Shown here in pieces: positions 49,533 to 63,922 of a stretch of 64,000 nucleotides of DNA (positions are counted from its first letter, which is position 1; each line of letters opens with the position of its first letter). The notes beneath the pieces were generated by a model, which was not told the DNA's origin, did no database searches, and saw only the letters and a list, made by a program, of their open reading frames with translations. The DNA is taken from positions 79,918,001 through 79,982,000 of the forward strand of contig NC_043001.1 in NCBI RefSeq assembly GCF_006345805.1. The letters run 5' to 3'. The translations under genes and the position numbers were made by a program. This DNA comes from Octopus sinensis (Eukaryota).

Positions 49533-50300
49533 GTCTTTTCAATTCTTGTTGGCACTGTTTTTGCTCCTCCCATTTAGATGGGTACATACGGTCAATAGCC
49601 AGGGTATTCTCTAGTATTCTGCTTAGCGTCTATATTATGTATCACCATCCGAACAAACCCTTTAGGAAACACTTCGACAAACTTTTTCTCCTCTGCATTG
49701 AAAATGCCATTGTATTTAGCCCCAGGCCTTGCTTTTCTTACTGTTATGAACTTGCTCTTGTCTTATTCTTCTAAAATACATAAACACATGCCAGACAGAC
49801 ATGCTTGACGTATGCCAGTATCTCTCTATCGATCTATCGATCTTTCTTTCTCTCACTCTCTCTTTCTTCCTTTCTTTCTTTCTTTCTTACTTACTTTTTT
49901 CATCCTAACTATCTATCTGTCTATCTATATATACTTCTTTTTCTTTCCGTCGCTCACTTTCTCCATCTCTCCCTTTCTCTCTTTCTCGCTCTCTCTCTCT
50001 TTCTCCCTATCTCCCTCTCTTTAGATATATGGGTGCCTCTGTTTATATATATATATTTGTGTGTGTATATACATATATATGTATATACGTATAAGTATAT
50101 ACATGTGTGATTGTATATACATGTATATACAGTATATATATATATATATCTTTATATATGTATATATGCATATATGCATTCAAAAATATTTACACATATT
50201 CATATTTTTATATACAGACATTTATATGTCTTTGTGTACGATACTATATGCGTACAGGGGTATATATATATGTATATATATATATATGTGTGTGTGTGTG

Positions 50301-50340
<40 letters not shown>

Positions 50341-50691
50341 TTGTATTTATGTGCAAGTATGTACTGCTGCGAGGTGGAATGCAGTTGAGAGGTGAAAGGC
50401 CCAAAGCGCTTGTCATTTTTCCTTTGTCACTATTTCTGCATAAGAGATAGCTCTTCTTCTCAGAGAATTGATAATTGTGGCATCGAAATAATTTTTCATA
50501 CATCTTCCTCTTATAAATTTTCCAGTCTCTTACTTGTAGTTATTTTCGTTATTATCGTTGTTCTTGTGTTATCCTTCTGTTGCTGTTTCATCATCGCCCT
50601 CTTGTCGTCTCTACCACACCGAACACAGAATGATGCAATGTTAAATAATGTTAAGGATATTCTCACGAAAACATAAACGGTGACACATCAA

Positions 50692-50767
50692 ATTATTATT
50701 GTTATTATTATTATTATTATTACTATTATGGTTATTATTATTATTATTATTATCATTATTATTATTA

Positions 50768-50807
<40 letters not shown>

Positions 50808-50820
50808 GGTTATTATTATA

Positions 50821-50851
<31 letters not shown>

Positions 50852-50915
50852 GGTTATTATTATTATTATTATTGTTGCTGTTGTTGTTGTGGTTGTTGTT
50901 GTTGTTATTATTATC
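50692..50915. repeat. (ATT)n/(GTT)n microsatellite
   Basis: Directly visible. Confidence 0.95.
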
Positions 50916-51361
50916 TTCGGGTCTGGTTGATTATAACATGCGCAATTTTTTTTTTGGGGGGGGGGGCGGGGAGAAGCCATCGGGTAAAATATATCATTAT
51001 TTTTTCTTTATTTCTTTTATTGTTGCAGTTGGATATTTCCTTTGTTCGCTATATAAGGGAAAAGGAGACAGTCTGGAAAACGAAAGAGTTGTATATGAAG
51101 TCACAAAGAATTCATTGACAACGGACAGTATAGTTTTTCTGTTGAACAATAAAACTAATTCAGTTATGATTTCTTCCACCGAATTTAGTTTTCGCGTTAA
51201 GAGAGAAACATGTTAGACGAATGTTCTTCTTTTTTATTCTTAAAATAAGTTACATCAACTAATATACATGGAAAATAAACTGAATATACATGCATACATT
51301 ACATGTTTGTGTATGTATAGTAATATGCAGAGTGTATACTATTTTACATACTTTTATATAT

Positions 51362-51445
<84 letters not shown>

Positions 51446-51470
51446 CATATACAAAAAATACGTAATATAT

Positions 51471-51806
51471 TCTTTTATTTGTTTCTGTCACTTGACTGCA
51501 ACCATGCTGGAGCACCATCTTAAAGGGTGTTGGTTGAAGAAATCGGTTCCTTGTATCGAGCCGCTAAGTAACAGAGACATAAACACACTAGCGTTGGTTG
51601 TCAAGTAATGGCAGGGTGACAAACACTCACACACACAAATAAATACATATATGTATATATATACGACAGGCTTCTTCCAGTTTGCGTTTACCAAATCCAG
51701 TCACAAGGCTTTGGTCGGCCTAATGCTATAGTAGAAAACACATACCCAAGGTTCCAAGCAGTGGAACTGAAGCCAGAACTATATGGTTGGGAAACAAGCT
51801 TCTTAC
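51471..51806 (-). mobile_element. SINE family A (head truncated)
   Basis: Tail and CORE-like region present; lies head-to-head with the SINE B copy. Confidence 0.85.
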
Positions 51807-51813
51807 AGTATAT

Positions 51814-52141
51814 GCATGGCTCAGTGGTTAAAGCGTCGAGCTTACGATCGTGAGGTTGTGAGTTCGAATCCCGGACCGGGCTGCGTGATGTGTTCTTCAG
51901 CAAGACACTTTATTTCATGTTGCTCCAGTTCATTCAGCTGTAGAAATGAGTTGCGACGTCACTGGTGCGAAGTTGTATTGGTTTTTGCTTTTTCCTTAGA
52001 TAACATCGGTGGTGTGGAGAGGGGAGGTCGGTATGCATGGGCGACTGCTGGTCTTCCACAAACAACCTTGCTCGGACTTTTGCTTGGGAGGGTAACTTTC
52101 TAGGTGCAAGCCCATGGTCAGTCATGACCGAAGGGATTCTC
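51814..52141 (+). mobile_element. SINE family B
   Basis: tggctcagtggttaaagc...gttcgaatcccgg; homologous to 16986-17302. Confidence 0.9.
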
Positions 52142-52156
52142 AGCATATATATATAT

Positions 52157-52522
52157 ACTAGCAGTATCGCCCGGCGTTGCTCAGGTTTGTAAGGGAAATA
52201 ACTATAAAGCATTTTTAGAGAGTTATAGCCAAAAAACAGCAAAAAAATGGAAAAAAATGATGGTAAATTTTTTTGAGATTTAAAAAAGGTGGAGTTGCGT
52301 CCCCTAGACAGTTTGTGGTTCGTGTTTCTGATTCTCGACCCCATGTCGAATTTATCGATTTTTTCAAAACTGGGGGAACTTTTCAAAATTTTCGCTGTGT
52401 TAGTTTTGAATTATGACATTGGGCTATGTGTGTGTCAAGTTTCATCAGAATCGGTTGAAAGCCGTGGTCAGGGTGAGGGTACAAGCAAACAGACACACAG
52501 AAACACGCACAGACAAACTGCC

Positions 52523-52530
<8 letters not shown>
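52157..52530 (+). mobile_element. Non-autonomous Helitron-like element (Lep1/HINE-type ends)
   Basis: 5' actagcagtatcgcccggcgttgctc; 3' gtgtcaagtttcatcagaatcggttgaa...acagacaaactgccgtttatata. End motifs recalled from Lep1-like elements. Confidence 0.65.
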
Positions 52531-52582
<52 letters not shown>

Positions 52583-52687
52583 GTATGTATGCATGTATGT
52601 ATGTATGTATGTATATATGTATATGTGAATACGTATATATATATATATATATATATATATGTTTACACACCCACTCATACACGCATA

Positions 52688-53528
52688 CGAGGTTTTATCA
52701 ATAAAGTATCCAGGCTGTTGTCATAGTAACAAAGCTAAAACACGCCGAGTAAAGCCGCTTGGCTCAGATTGCCCTTGAACTCTGCTGTGCATGTGCACTA
52801 AGTTTTAACGTTCTAGTTCACTTCCGCTTTTACAGCAATGTTTGGAACGAAAATGTGTAGCGTATGATCGTCACATTGACCATGATAGAGAAAGTTGTCA
52901 TAGCTGCAAAAAGTTTATGGAGAGGAGTGTATGGGACGCACACAAGTGTACGAGTGCTTCAGACGTTTCTAAGATTGCTGAAAAAATATCGATATTCCCG
53001 ATGGTTCTTGGAGACCCGCTACCAGCAGAACTGAGAAAAACATCGTAGATGTGCGTGCTACTAGGAGAGGAAATCTTCGAATCACCCTCTGTGATTTATC
53101 AGAGGTTGTGCAGAATAGTTACGGTTCTGTTCCATCCACTGTCACTGCAGATTTGGGTATCCCTGAAGATTTGGTTATGTCTGCCAAGCTTGTGCCAAAA
53201 AAGCATCCAGCTGACGAAAGAGACACTCAGGTCTCAGTTGCACGAGATCTTGATTGTGTGGAGAACAATGAAAACTGTTTGTAAACATTGCGTAGGTCTT
53301 TGAACAGGTTTCGCCAAGCTTTTGACATAATTCGATGCAGATTTTCTACTCAACTTTCTCTGTCATTGTCAATGCGACGATGACACGCTGCACACCTTTG
53401 TTCCAAGCGCTGCTGTAAACAGCTCTAGTGAGATAGAATGATAAAACTTAGTTCACATGCAATCTGTGCCCAGCGGCTTTAGCCTCGTTGCTATAGCAAC
53501 AGACCGTATACTTATTGATTAGACCACG
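52688..53528 (+). mobile_element. Internally deleted mariner with both TIRs and TA TSDs (841 bp)
   Basis: TA|cgaggttttatcaataaagtatcc..gttgtcatagtaac ... gttgctatagcaac..tatacttattgattagaccacg|TA; decayed HTH (MGRTQVYE.FRRF; ..GSV...V..DLG...SAKLVPK). Confidence 0.9.
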
Positions 53529-54199
53529 TATGTATATCTTGTACGTGGTACGGAACAGTCATAACCAACATGACAAAGGGCAACAACACATGGCCGAATG
53601 CTGAGAAACCATAGGTAACAGAAGCCACTTGAACCAACTTTTTGGCCAATATGCTCGTGTGCACTGGTGGAACTGATATCATCAATAGTACACCTTCAAA
53701 GAAATGGGGGAACACACACATACACACACACGCGCATAAACAAACGTAATCTGTGTATGTAACTTAAGGTGGATGTAACATAGAAAGCATGGTATATGTC
53801 ATGCGAAAGAATCTCGTATAGACGTATAGCGCAAAAAGGCACAGAATTATTTCTGTACAAAATGAAATACGTCCATCAATAGTAGTAGAATTGCTAAATC
53901 CAAATTTCTGCTTTTTTGAGCGCCATCAGTAGCAAGTAGTCACTAGCAACCGCATGTTTAAATAAATTTAGCCCCTACTGATATAGAAAAACAGTGAGTA
54001 ACGTATCACACCTGTCGCATATTGCCATCAGGTTGAGTAAAATATCACTATTTGTGACAGAAGTATTATGATTTTAAGAGAGTATTTAATCCATATACTT
54101 CTGGAATTCTGTACGTCTATACGATTTATTTTCTCGAGAGGAATACTCGAGAGGTACAGTGTATTCACGTCAAGCAATATGTGCAGAATGCCATTTTGA

Positions 54200-55900
54200 T
54201 CTAATGCTGCTTCCGTCGGTAATAGTGGTTTCTACACAGCCTACGGACAATTTGCGAAACGAGAGATTTGTAATCACAGTTTTTCTATATCAATAGAAAG
54301 TGTATTCTTAATTTTGAAAGCAAGACTCAGCAGAATTTTCAGTTACCAAACGTTAAAATTATAACGCTAGAAGGCCTTGTTTTGTGCCAGTTTCAAAAGC
54401 AAGATTTGTTTCGAGTACACAACATAAATTCTTCAGCAAGACTGCTTCTAGAATTTTTGGATACAATTTGAGAAAATGTGATTATCGTTTTACTATTTCT
54501 TGACATATAAGCGACTGTAAGCGATGGAGACAGCGAAATACACTATAAATCTTTAATAAGCATTCTGGCAAGTTTTGATACGATACAAAGAAAACTATCA
54601 CAACTGGTCAAAAATATCCACTGTTAAATATCTGAGAATTTGTTCCAGATTCAATAAATGGATAAAGTGTGATGAATGAAATCGCTGAAACCATCATGTA
54701 TGTAATTTCGCTGGAATTCTCTTCGAGTTATCTTCACGGTTAGTCAGATCTCTGGCTTATTTTTTCTCTAAATCAAAGCCGCAAAGATAGAACGCATATA
54801 TTAAATATGTCCATGCAAGGATTAAAAAAGTGAACAAGTTCTATTCAAATCTTGGCCATGTGATTGCAAAGAGGTCATTTGAAAAAAGTTGCAATAATTC
54901 ATCCCACAAAATTACCTCTTTAGCTCTTTCCATTTCTATTATAGCTGAAACCTTTCATGAGTCTGTTATTATTTCCTCTTAATCATTGTTATACGAAATT
55001 GCATGTATTACATTTTTATTTAAGAGAACCTTTTGTTAGAATTGGCCCCTTGATATCTAATTTTTGTTTTGAAATCAGCAAAGAATCACTGCTATTTGGC
55101 ACCGTCAAGTAAAATTTGCTCGACTGTTTGACCTTCTATTGTTTAAAACTTCATGAACCTTTCTCCCAATTCCGATGCCAAAACAGTGAAAATCAGCTAG
55201 TTTTCCTTTGGTTTATTTGATGACGCAGAATCCAATAAAATAGAATACTTATTTTTAATCATTACACAAGCAGTGCAATCCAATACGCTGGATTCAAACA
55301 GATCAATGAATTCTTTACACATTTTAGATAGATATGATTTATGTTCCCAATATTTGTTTCCAGGATTATTCCCTGCCAGAAAAGCAAAGTACTCCAACAG
55401 CAGTTCTAACAACCTCAATTAATCACGAAAAAATCCAATAACTTCGTCCCCACCAGGAAATGAAAGCCTTCATTCTGTTAAAAAAAAAATTCAATTATTT
55501 CCTTTGCGAGCGAGTATCAATACTTTTGTTCAGTCTCTATATCTTTCACAAGCTGGTAGCTGACATATTCACCTCATTTTTATATACATCAAGAGTGAAA
55601 TTAGAGCTTGTTTATGCGAGCGACTTCCTTCATGTTATAAGATCGCTTACATTTTTCCAGTCATTAAACCTTTCTCCATTGAATGTAGATGAACATCCTA
55701 AAGTCATAACTTAGCATGGAAAACAGAACTGGCTGCCTTTGCTCTTTGAATGGCATAACTAATTTCTTCAGCGTTGCTTGTATGTTTATGAATATATGTG
55801 AACTAAAACTTCTGAGAGTGCCGCAGTTCCTTTTCATTGTCATACAATTGCATGGATGAAGAGAAGTCACTGTTAACTTGTTGACATTTATCACTTTCCT
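54200..55900 (-). mobile_element. Decayed hAT transposase (Tip100/ZMYM1-like)
   Basis: GFNDWKNVSDL (TTF zinc-finger-like); LELLLEYFAFLA..GNK...SYLSKMCKEFIDL....KYSILLDS; ILWDELLQLFQ.TS. Confidence 0.75.
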
Positions 55901-56689
55901 TGGCTATCCACTATTCACAATCATCATCATCATCGACAATGTTTAAACATTTATAAATATCATTAAGATACTTGTTCTTCTAATTTGTTGACTTACAATC
56001 AATGTAAACTGACTGTTGTTGTTTACGTACTACCGTATTATTACTGATGTCCTCCATATTCCCAGTTTCAGACATTACTGTCTGTAAAATCATTAAAATA
56101 TCCTGTCATATTATACGTTTTTGATATTACAAATTGATCTTTTCTTTCTTATTTCTTGTTTCGCTTTATGTTTTACTCTTCCAGAAATATATTGAGGTCT
56201 AATATTTCTGTTTCTGTTGCTCATTGATATCGGTAATGGAAAAAAATTCAATAAAATATCTCTTAGCAAACAAATAATGTATGTAAATAAACACGTTAAC
56301 AATGGTGGCAAACAAACATTGTATGTTATAATGCAACAGTTTCATAACGCACTATGTCATAAGGTAATATACCACAAGGGTTTTTGAAAATAAAAACCAG
56401 TGTATTTTCAAAAAAAAATACTGCTCAAAATATTTGACTGCAAATATTTTTCTTATTTAAATCTATTCGATGGAGAATAAAATTAAGATTCAAAATTTCG
56501 TCAAAAAGAATTAATTATATATTTTACATGTAGTGGGCAGTCACAATCGCCGTACTGCTTTGTATTTATTGAAATTTCATAAGTTGTTTCTTTTTCTTAC
56601 AATTATATCTATGAATAGAATAAATCAAGGAGATGGCAGAATTGTTACCGTACCGGTAAAATTGCCTTTCTTTATTTCTTCCGGCTCTT

Positions 56690-56870
56690 TATGTTCTGTG
56701 TTCAAATTCACCCGAGGTCAACTTTGCATTTGGGCACTCCGAGTTTAATAAAATAAGAACCTGTAGAGCACTTGGATCGATATAATTAGCTTTCATCATC
56801 CCCTAGATTTGTTGGACTTGTAACAAAATTCAAAATCATTATTTTTAAGGTGGTGACTCGGCAGAATCGT
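56690..56870 (+). mobile_element. SINE family E, diverged
   Basis: tttatgttctgtgttcaaattcacccgaggtcaactttgc... Confidence 0.65.
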
Positions 56871-56880
56871 TAGTGCACCT

Positions 56881-57269
56881 CTTTTGCTTGTTTCAGTAAT
56901 TTGACTGTGGCTATGCTGGAGCACCGCCTTTAGTCGAGCAAATCGACCCCAGGACCTATTCTTTGTAAGCCTAGTACTTATTCTATCGGTCTCTTTTGCC
57001 GAACCGCTAAGTTACGGTGACGTGAACTTACCAGCATCGGTTGTCAAGCGATGTTGGGGGGGACAAACACAGACACACAAATACACACATACATATATAT
57101 ATACATATATACGACTGGCTTCTTTCAGTTTCCGTCTACCAAATCCATTCACAAGGCTTTCACGAGGCTATAGTAGAAGACACTTGCCCAAGGTCCCACG
57201 CAGTGGGACTGAACGCGGAACCATGTGGTTCTTAAACAAGCTACTTACCACACAGGTCCTCATACGCCT
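56881..57269 (-). mobile_element. Full-length SINE family A
   Basis: All modules present. Confidence 0.9.
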
Positions 57270-58126
57270 ATTCTTTGCGATATTTCTTCCGGTTCTTTAC
57301 TTTACCTTTCATCCTTTCGGGGTCAATAAAAGAAAACTAGGTAAGGACAATGGCCGATGTAATCGAATCTCCCAATCTTCAAAATTGCTGTCTTTGAGTC
57401 AAAATTAAACAGAGTATCTATGAATGGCTCAGATTATGGCCTGAATGTATTCTAAAGTTATGTTCCATCATAAATATATGGAGGATTACCACGTAATAAT
57501 ATATCAGCCATACTGATACAACAGGAGCAGTACCCAATATATCTACCTGCACGTATACGACATTTGTAAGAAAGAAACTTATCCTTACTACAGAATCGAT
57601 GAATAAGAAATAACTTATAAACACAACAAGAACTTATAACCATAACACATCTCAAACTCCATTGACTCGTTCATGACTGATCCCGGACAGCATAATGTGT
57701 TCAGCTGCTACGCTTATCTAGAACTGATCTGTGATAACACGGGTCTGCAATCAGTCAATGACTTTACTTGAATTGCAAAAGCGCCTCCTAGCTACCATCC
57801 ACAATGCTCTATAAAAGTTGTGGCTTCAGAAGGAAAACTATTTTTCTCGTATACTCTACTATTCATTTATCGCTGATTTATTTAATACTGTATGTTTACT
57901 GTTTTCAAAATTAACACACGTAATAAACGAGGGTCAAAGTACTACAAATACACCAAAATAAAGAAAACTCCACTTAAACACTTAACCACAATCTAGCAAA
58001 TAACAGGACGGTCTACAGAAAACCAATATAATGTACAAACTTGAATGTAGATATGAAAACTGTACATAAATTTCCAGTCTCTTAAACTATTACATTGGAT
58101 ACACAATTACTACACACTCTCTTCGG

Positions 58127-58388
58127 TTTACTCTTTAACTTGTTTCAGTCATTTGACTGTGGCCATGCTGGAGTACTGCCTTTAGTCGAGCAAATCGATT
58201 CCAGGACTTATTCTTTGTAAGCCTAGTACTTGTTCTATCGGTCTCTTTTGCCGCACCGCTAAGTTACGGGGACGTAAACATACCAGCATCGGTTGTCAAG
58301 TGATGTTGGGGGGACAAACACAGATACACAAACATATACACACACATACACACACGCATACACACACACACATATATATATATATATA

Positions 58389-58467
<79 letters not shown>

Positions 58468-58625
58468 CGACGGGCTTCTTTCAGTTTCCGTCTACCAAAT
58501 TCAATCACAAGGCTTTGATCAGCCCGAGGCTACAGTAGAAACCACTTGCCCAAGGTGCCATGCAGTGGGACTGAACCTGGAACCATGTGGTTCGAAAGCA
58601 CGCTACGTACCACACAGCCACTCCT
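58127..58625 (-). mobile_element. Full-length SINE family A with long internal (TA)n
   Basis: All modules present. Confidence 0.9.
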
Positions 58626-59009
58626 ACTTGATTATGTATTTACAAGAAATTCCAGTTTATTATGATTTAGAACAAAAATTATAACTGGATATTTTAATAC
58701 TAACTGAGACAATTAAATATATATATATATATACACTCACAATGCAAAACTCGGTACAGAGGTATGTCGCTTCTAAAACGAATCATGAAATCTACCAGGG
58801 TTTAACCGTTGAATATATCTTGAAGTCTGGGGTTGATGATTTTAACTGTTAAAACAGCATCGCTATGATCATTGGTGACATTCTACAAAGGGCACATGCA
58901 ATACTCTATTGTTATCTCAATATTGTTATGACGATGAATCAGGAAGGGCCCGGAAAATTAATCTACTAATAGGGATCGGGACGCTCTTATTCAAAGCTAA
59001 ATATCAAAA

Positions 59010-59097
59010 CCTTCGGCAAGTGTATTCTACTATAGCCTCGGGACGACCAAAGCCTTGTGAGTGGATTTTGTAGACGGAAACTGAAAGAAGCCCATCG

Positions 59098-59148
<51 letters not shown>

Positions 59149-59371
59149 CTGTGTGTGTCTGTGTTTATGTGCTTGTGTTTGTCACCACAACATCGCTTGA
59201 CAACCGATGGTGGTGTGTTTACGTCCCCATAACTTAGAGGTTCGGTAAAAGGGACCGATGGAATAAGTACTAAGCTCACAAAGAATAAGTCCTGGGGTCG
59301 ATTTCCTCGACTAAAGGCGGTGCTCCAACATGGCCACAGTCAAATGACTGAAACAAGTGAAAGAGTAAAAG
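59010..59371 (+). mobile_element. SINE family A, 5'-truncated
   Basis: Runs from the CORE-like region to the tail gaaacaagtgaaagagtaaaag. Confidence 0.9.
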
Positions 59372-59689
59372 CGCAAAAGAGAAATATGAAGAATACTTTA
59401 CACATGTTTACTGGCGATGCTCTGGCGTGGCCACAGCATTTGGAGTGACACGTAAAAAGAAAATAAATGAAAAAAAGTTCTCTACACTATACAAAGTGTT
59501 AGAAAAAACCTGAATGTGTTTTTTATAACTCTAAGCGTCGTGTAGGGAGTTTTCCCAGGACTCTACGCAGCAGTATACTGGCGTAGAAAAAAAACACGAA
59601 ACACTATGTATGGGCAACCGATAATGTGTATATTTAAGCTGCTTTTAATTCGAAATATCTTTTATCGTTTATCTTTAACATTCATGGAA

Positions 59690-60074
59690 GAATTTTTAGT
59701 CGAATGAATAAACCACATTACATAATTTCTCAAGCCTTGAACTAATTCTATCGGACACACTTGTCGAACAACTAGCTTACGATGACGTAAACAACGACAT
59801 CGGTTGACCACACACACACACACGTACACACACACATATATATGTACACACTCATACACTCACATACACTCACACACACACTCACACACATATATATATG
59901 TGTGTGTGTGTGTGTGTGTTTGCGTGTGTATGACGGCCTTCTTTCAGTCTCTGTCTACCAAATGCACTCACAACGCTTTGGTCGTCCCAAGGCATTAGTG
60001 CACGGTAGTAGGACTCAGCTTTGAACCATGTCTTTGCGAATCAGACTTCTTACCATACAGCAAACGTTGCGCCT
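59690..60074 (-). mobile_element. Diverged SINE family A
   Basis: ctttcagtctctgtctaccaaatgcactcacaacgctttggtcg...cttcttaccatacagc..tgcgcct. Confidence 0.75.
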
Positions 60075-60137
60075 ATATATTTGTGAATATATATGTGTTA
60101 GTGTGTGTGTGCGTGAGAGAGAGAGAGAGAGACAGAC

Positions 60138-60174
<37 letters not shown>

Positions 60175-60771
60175 GGCAGAATAACATAAACGTCGTGTGA
60201 TTCTATCCAATTCAGACATACATATATTATATTCCCTTTCATTTAATTAATTAGTAATGACTATAATCACTATAGTGCAATGTAATTATTTTTCCCAACA
60301 CAAGATCGCAGACCAAATCACTTGCCAAACAGCTATAAATGAAGAACGAACGTGTCAGTGCCTGCATGTGTGTGTGTGTTTGTGTGTGTATGTGTGCGTG
60401 TGTGTTCTAGACTATGTAAGCCGCGACAAAACTTTGGTAAAAATTTGTGTCGGGATACTGACATCTTACCCGAGGGTGTCAGAGACATTTGTCTCTAATC
60501 CGTTTCAGATTACACAAATCATATTAACATTTTAATCTATTCAGGAATTATTCCCCTGGGAAATCTTGATTATCAAAATAACCTATCTCTTGAAACCAAT
60601 AGCGATCCATTTCGCTTGGACATGATTGTTTGTTATACTAACTTGATCAATTAATTTTCCGTGAATATTGTGTTCGATGAGTTCAAAAATTCGATCATCT
60701 GTGACTTTCCGATATGTATTAAAATATTACACAATGCTTAATATATAAGTCTGTGTGTGTCTGTGTATGTA

Positions 60772-61085
60772 GCGGAGGTGCATGGGGGATGTATATATAT
60801 ATATGGATGCGTATTAGGGGCATTCGGCTTAAGTCTTTAAAATTGTGAGTTCGATTTCTGGCGGCATGTTGTGTCCTTTATTTCACATTGCACCAGTTCA
60901 CTCAGCAAGCAAAAATAGATTGTAGCAGTAATTCAAAGGGCAAGCGTTGTCACATATTTTCTCACCCTGCATCTTCCTGAGAACTACATGAAGGGTATGC
61001 TTGTCTGCGGAGTGCTCAGCCCCTTGCGCGGTAATCCATTGATCGGATTAACTGGAACATTCGTCGTCGTAATCGACGGAGTGCC
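60772..61085 (+). mobile_element. Diverged SINE family C
   Basis: B box gagttcgatttc, CORE-like ttatttcacattgcaccagttcactcagc, tail ttgatcggattaactggaac..tcgtcgtcgtaatcgacggagtgcc. Confidence 0.7.
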
Positions 61086-61355
61086 AGGGTGGACGCAAAT
61101 ATAAATACATATATATATTTATATGATTACGTATACATCTATATGTACATATAACAACATTTATGTATACATACATGCATATATGCATGCATACATACAT
61201 ACATGGATAGCTAGATGGTTTGATGAATATATGGATAGGGAGATAAATAACGTCACTGATATGTATACACACGCACACACGTATATATAATTTTATATAT
61301 ATGCATGTATGTGTGTGTGTATATATATATATATGATATATATATATATATATGA

Positions 61356-61406
<51 letters not shown>

Positions 61407-62283
61407 GAGAGAGGGGGAGAGAGACAGGCTGACAGACAGACAGATAAACAGACAGATTATATTAAGAGACTAGAGAATGGAAAAAATAGAAATTTCACTG
61501 AAACAGGATTTGAACTTAGAATGTTGAAGAACGAATACCAATGCTTAAATACAACTCTAATGCGGGTGGCTCCTGTATTTTCTGTACCCAAAAGTAAGAA
61601 ACCTCTCTAAATGACGCAACATTTTTTCCTTGGTTGCTTTACTCACTGGATTGTGAATTTCCCTTGAAATTAAAATTGGTGACTCTGTTCGTATAGATAC
61701 ACAAATATGTTTGTGCGTTTGAGAGTATATATATGCATGGGTGCAGCGTATGCGTGCGTATAAGGTGTGAAATATGCTGGGGTTATGTATGAGTGTTATC
61801 GCATAGGCGACGAATGAATGCACAGTCTTAGTCAGGCTCGAATATTACAAACAAAATCATACAAAATGCATCATATATATATATATATGCATATGTATAT
61901 ATATATACATATGAATATATATGTGTGTGTGTGTGCGAGTGTGTGTGTGTATATATATATACTTATGTATGCATAAATATATATAAATGTATGCATATAA
62001 GTATACGTACAGACACACACATATGTTTATATATGTATATATGTATGTATGTATCTGTGTGTGTTTGTGTGTGTGTGTGTGTGTGATTCTATCAATATAT
62101 AATCGCAAACATGGAAAGATAGAAAAGTGTATGTAAATATGTACCTATGCATATTTGTAAATGTATACGTGAGCATACGCATATATATTCTTTTATTTAT
62201 TTACTTGTTTCAGTCATTTGACTGCTGCCATGCTGGACCCCCATATGCATATATATATATAAAATATATATAATATATATGTA

Positions 62284-62331
<48 letters not shown>

Positions 62332-62475
62332 GCATGTATTATACGTATGTATGTACATACATGAGTGTATGTGCATTTATGTATGTATACTCGAAGGCAC
62401 AGAAAAATATAGTAATGTGTATGTAAATATATACTTACGTATATATGTAAATGTATACGTATGCATACACATACA

Positions 62476-63336
62476 TGTGTCGTCTATTTGAATGTTTTGC
62501 GTTCTTGTCCCATTTTGTATTTTTTTATATATATTTTTCATACATATATTATTGTTGCGTAGCGTACATCTTGTTCTCTTATGTATGTAAGCATTCCACT
62601 ACTGTACGACTTCTACACACACTTTCTCTATACTTCACTAGTCTCTATCTTTCTCTTTTCTCGCCTCTGATTCTTTGGTCTCCTCTTCCCCCACTCTCTC
62701 ACCTATCTCTGTCTTTCTCACTTTGCACCTCAGTGATTCTGTCGTCAAGCCAATCCTTGGCACGCTCTCTTTCTTCTCTCCTCTTTAATTCCTTCTTTCT
62801 CCCCCCCCCCCACTTTGGTGCCTTTGTCCCTCTTTTCTCTCTCTCTTTGATTCCTTTGCCCCTTTTTTTCTCTCTCTTCTCATCTCACGTGACCACCGGT
62901 CAACTAGCCTTTCGGCTTCTGACCACCGCCACGACAACATCGAATTCTTCGTCTGCCGTAAATGCATTTTTTTCCAAATGCGCCAGCTAAGCTAAGCTGA
63001 ACTGTCTAAAGTCGTAGGACACCCGCTGTTTTTGTTATGTTATTACTATTGTTGTTTTTTGTATTTATATTCGTGTGGCATCGTCCGTTTTTCTGTCCTT
63101 GTTTCGTGTGCATTCGATCTCTTTTCCAAGAGATCTGGTGCTCGTGGCTTAGTTTTTCCTTGGGGCTGGCCGGATCGGAGCGGTCTCAAGATTGGTCGGC
63201 CGAGATTGCGGGGATGATCCGGTTCCTGACTGGAGATTGGAGGCTTCGAGTGACCCATCCGTATTTTGTGTCGTCTATTTGACTGTTTTGCGTTCTTCTC
63301 CCATTTTGTATTTTTTTATATGTAATTTTTATACAT
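62476..63336. other. Segment bounded by about 70-bp direct repeats, with a CpG-rich core (62880-63270)
   Basis: DRs at 62476-62543 and 63267-63336 (tgtgtcgtctatttga.tgttttgcgttctt.tcccattttgtattttttt). Confidence 0.75.
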
Positions 63337-63410
<74 letters not shown>

Positions 63411-63536
63411 AATATATACATATATACATAGATGTATACATGCATTTATATATACATATATACATATATAGATATATACGTATGTTTGTATGTATGCATG
63501 TGTAAAGGATATTAGTAATACACTGGGGGGGGGGAA

Positions 63537-63852
63537 GCACTCCGTCGGTTACGACGATGAGGCTTCCGGTAGATCCGAATCAACGGAACAGCTTACTCGT
63601 GAAATTAACTTGTAAGTGGCTGAGCACTCCACAGACACGTGCACCCTTAACGTAGTTCTCGGGGATATTCAGCGTGACACAGAGAGTGACAAGGCCGGCC
63701 CCTTGAAATACAGGTACAACAGAAACAGGAAGTAAGAGTGAGAGAAAGTTGTGGTGAAAGAGTACAGCAGGGATCACCACCATCCCCTGCCGGAGCCTCG
63801 TGGAGGTTTTAGGTGTTTTCGCTCAATAAACACTCAATAAACACTCACAACT
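63537..63852 (-). mobile_element. SINE with a family-C 3' region and a body similar to 26940-27040
   Basis: gcactccgtcggttacgacg...; gagtgagagaaagttg...tgccggagcc.cgtggag..ttaggtgttt.cgctc. Confidence 0.8.
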
Positions 63853-63922
63853 AGTGTGTACGGCAATATAAAAAAGAGAAAAACAGGATTTAGTGAAAGC
63901 ACTCAATACTGTAAGCATTGTT

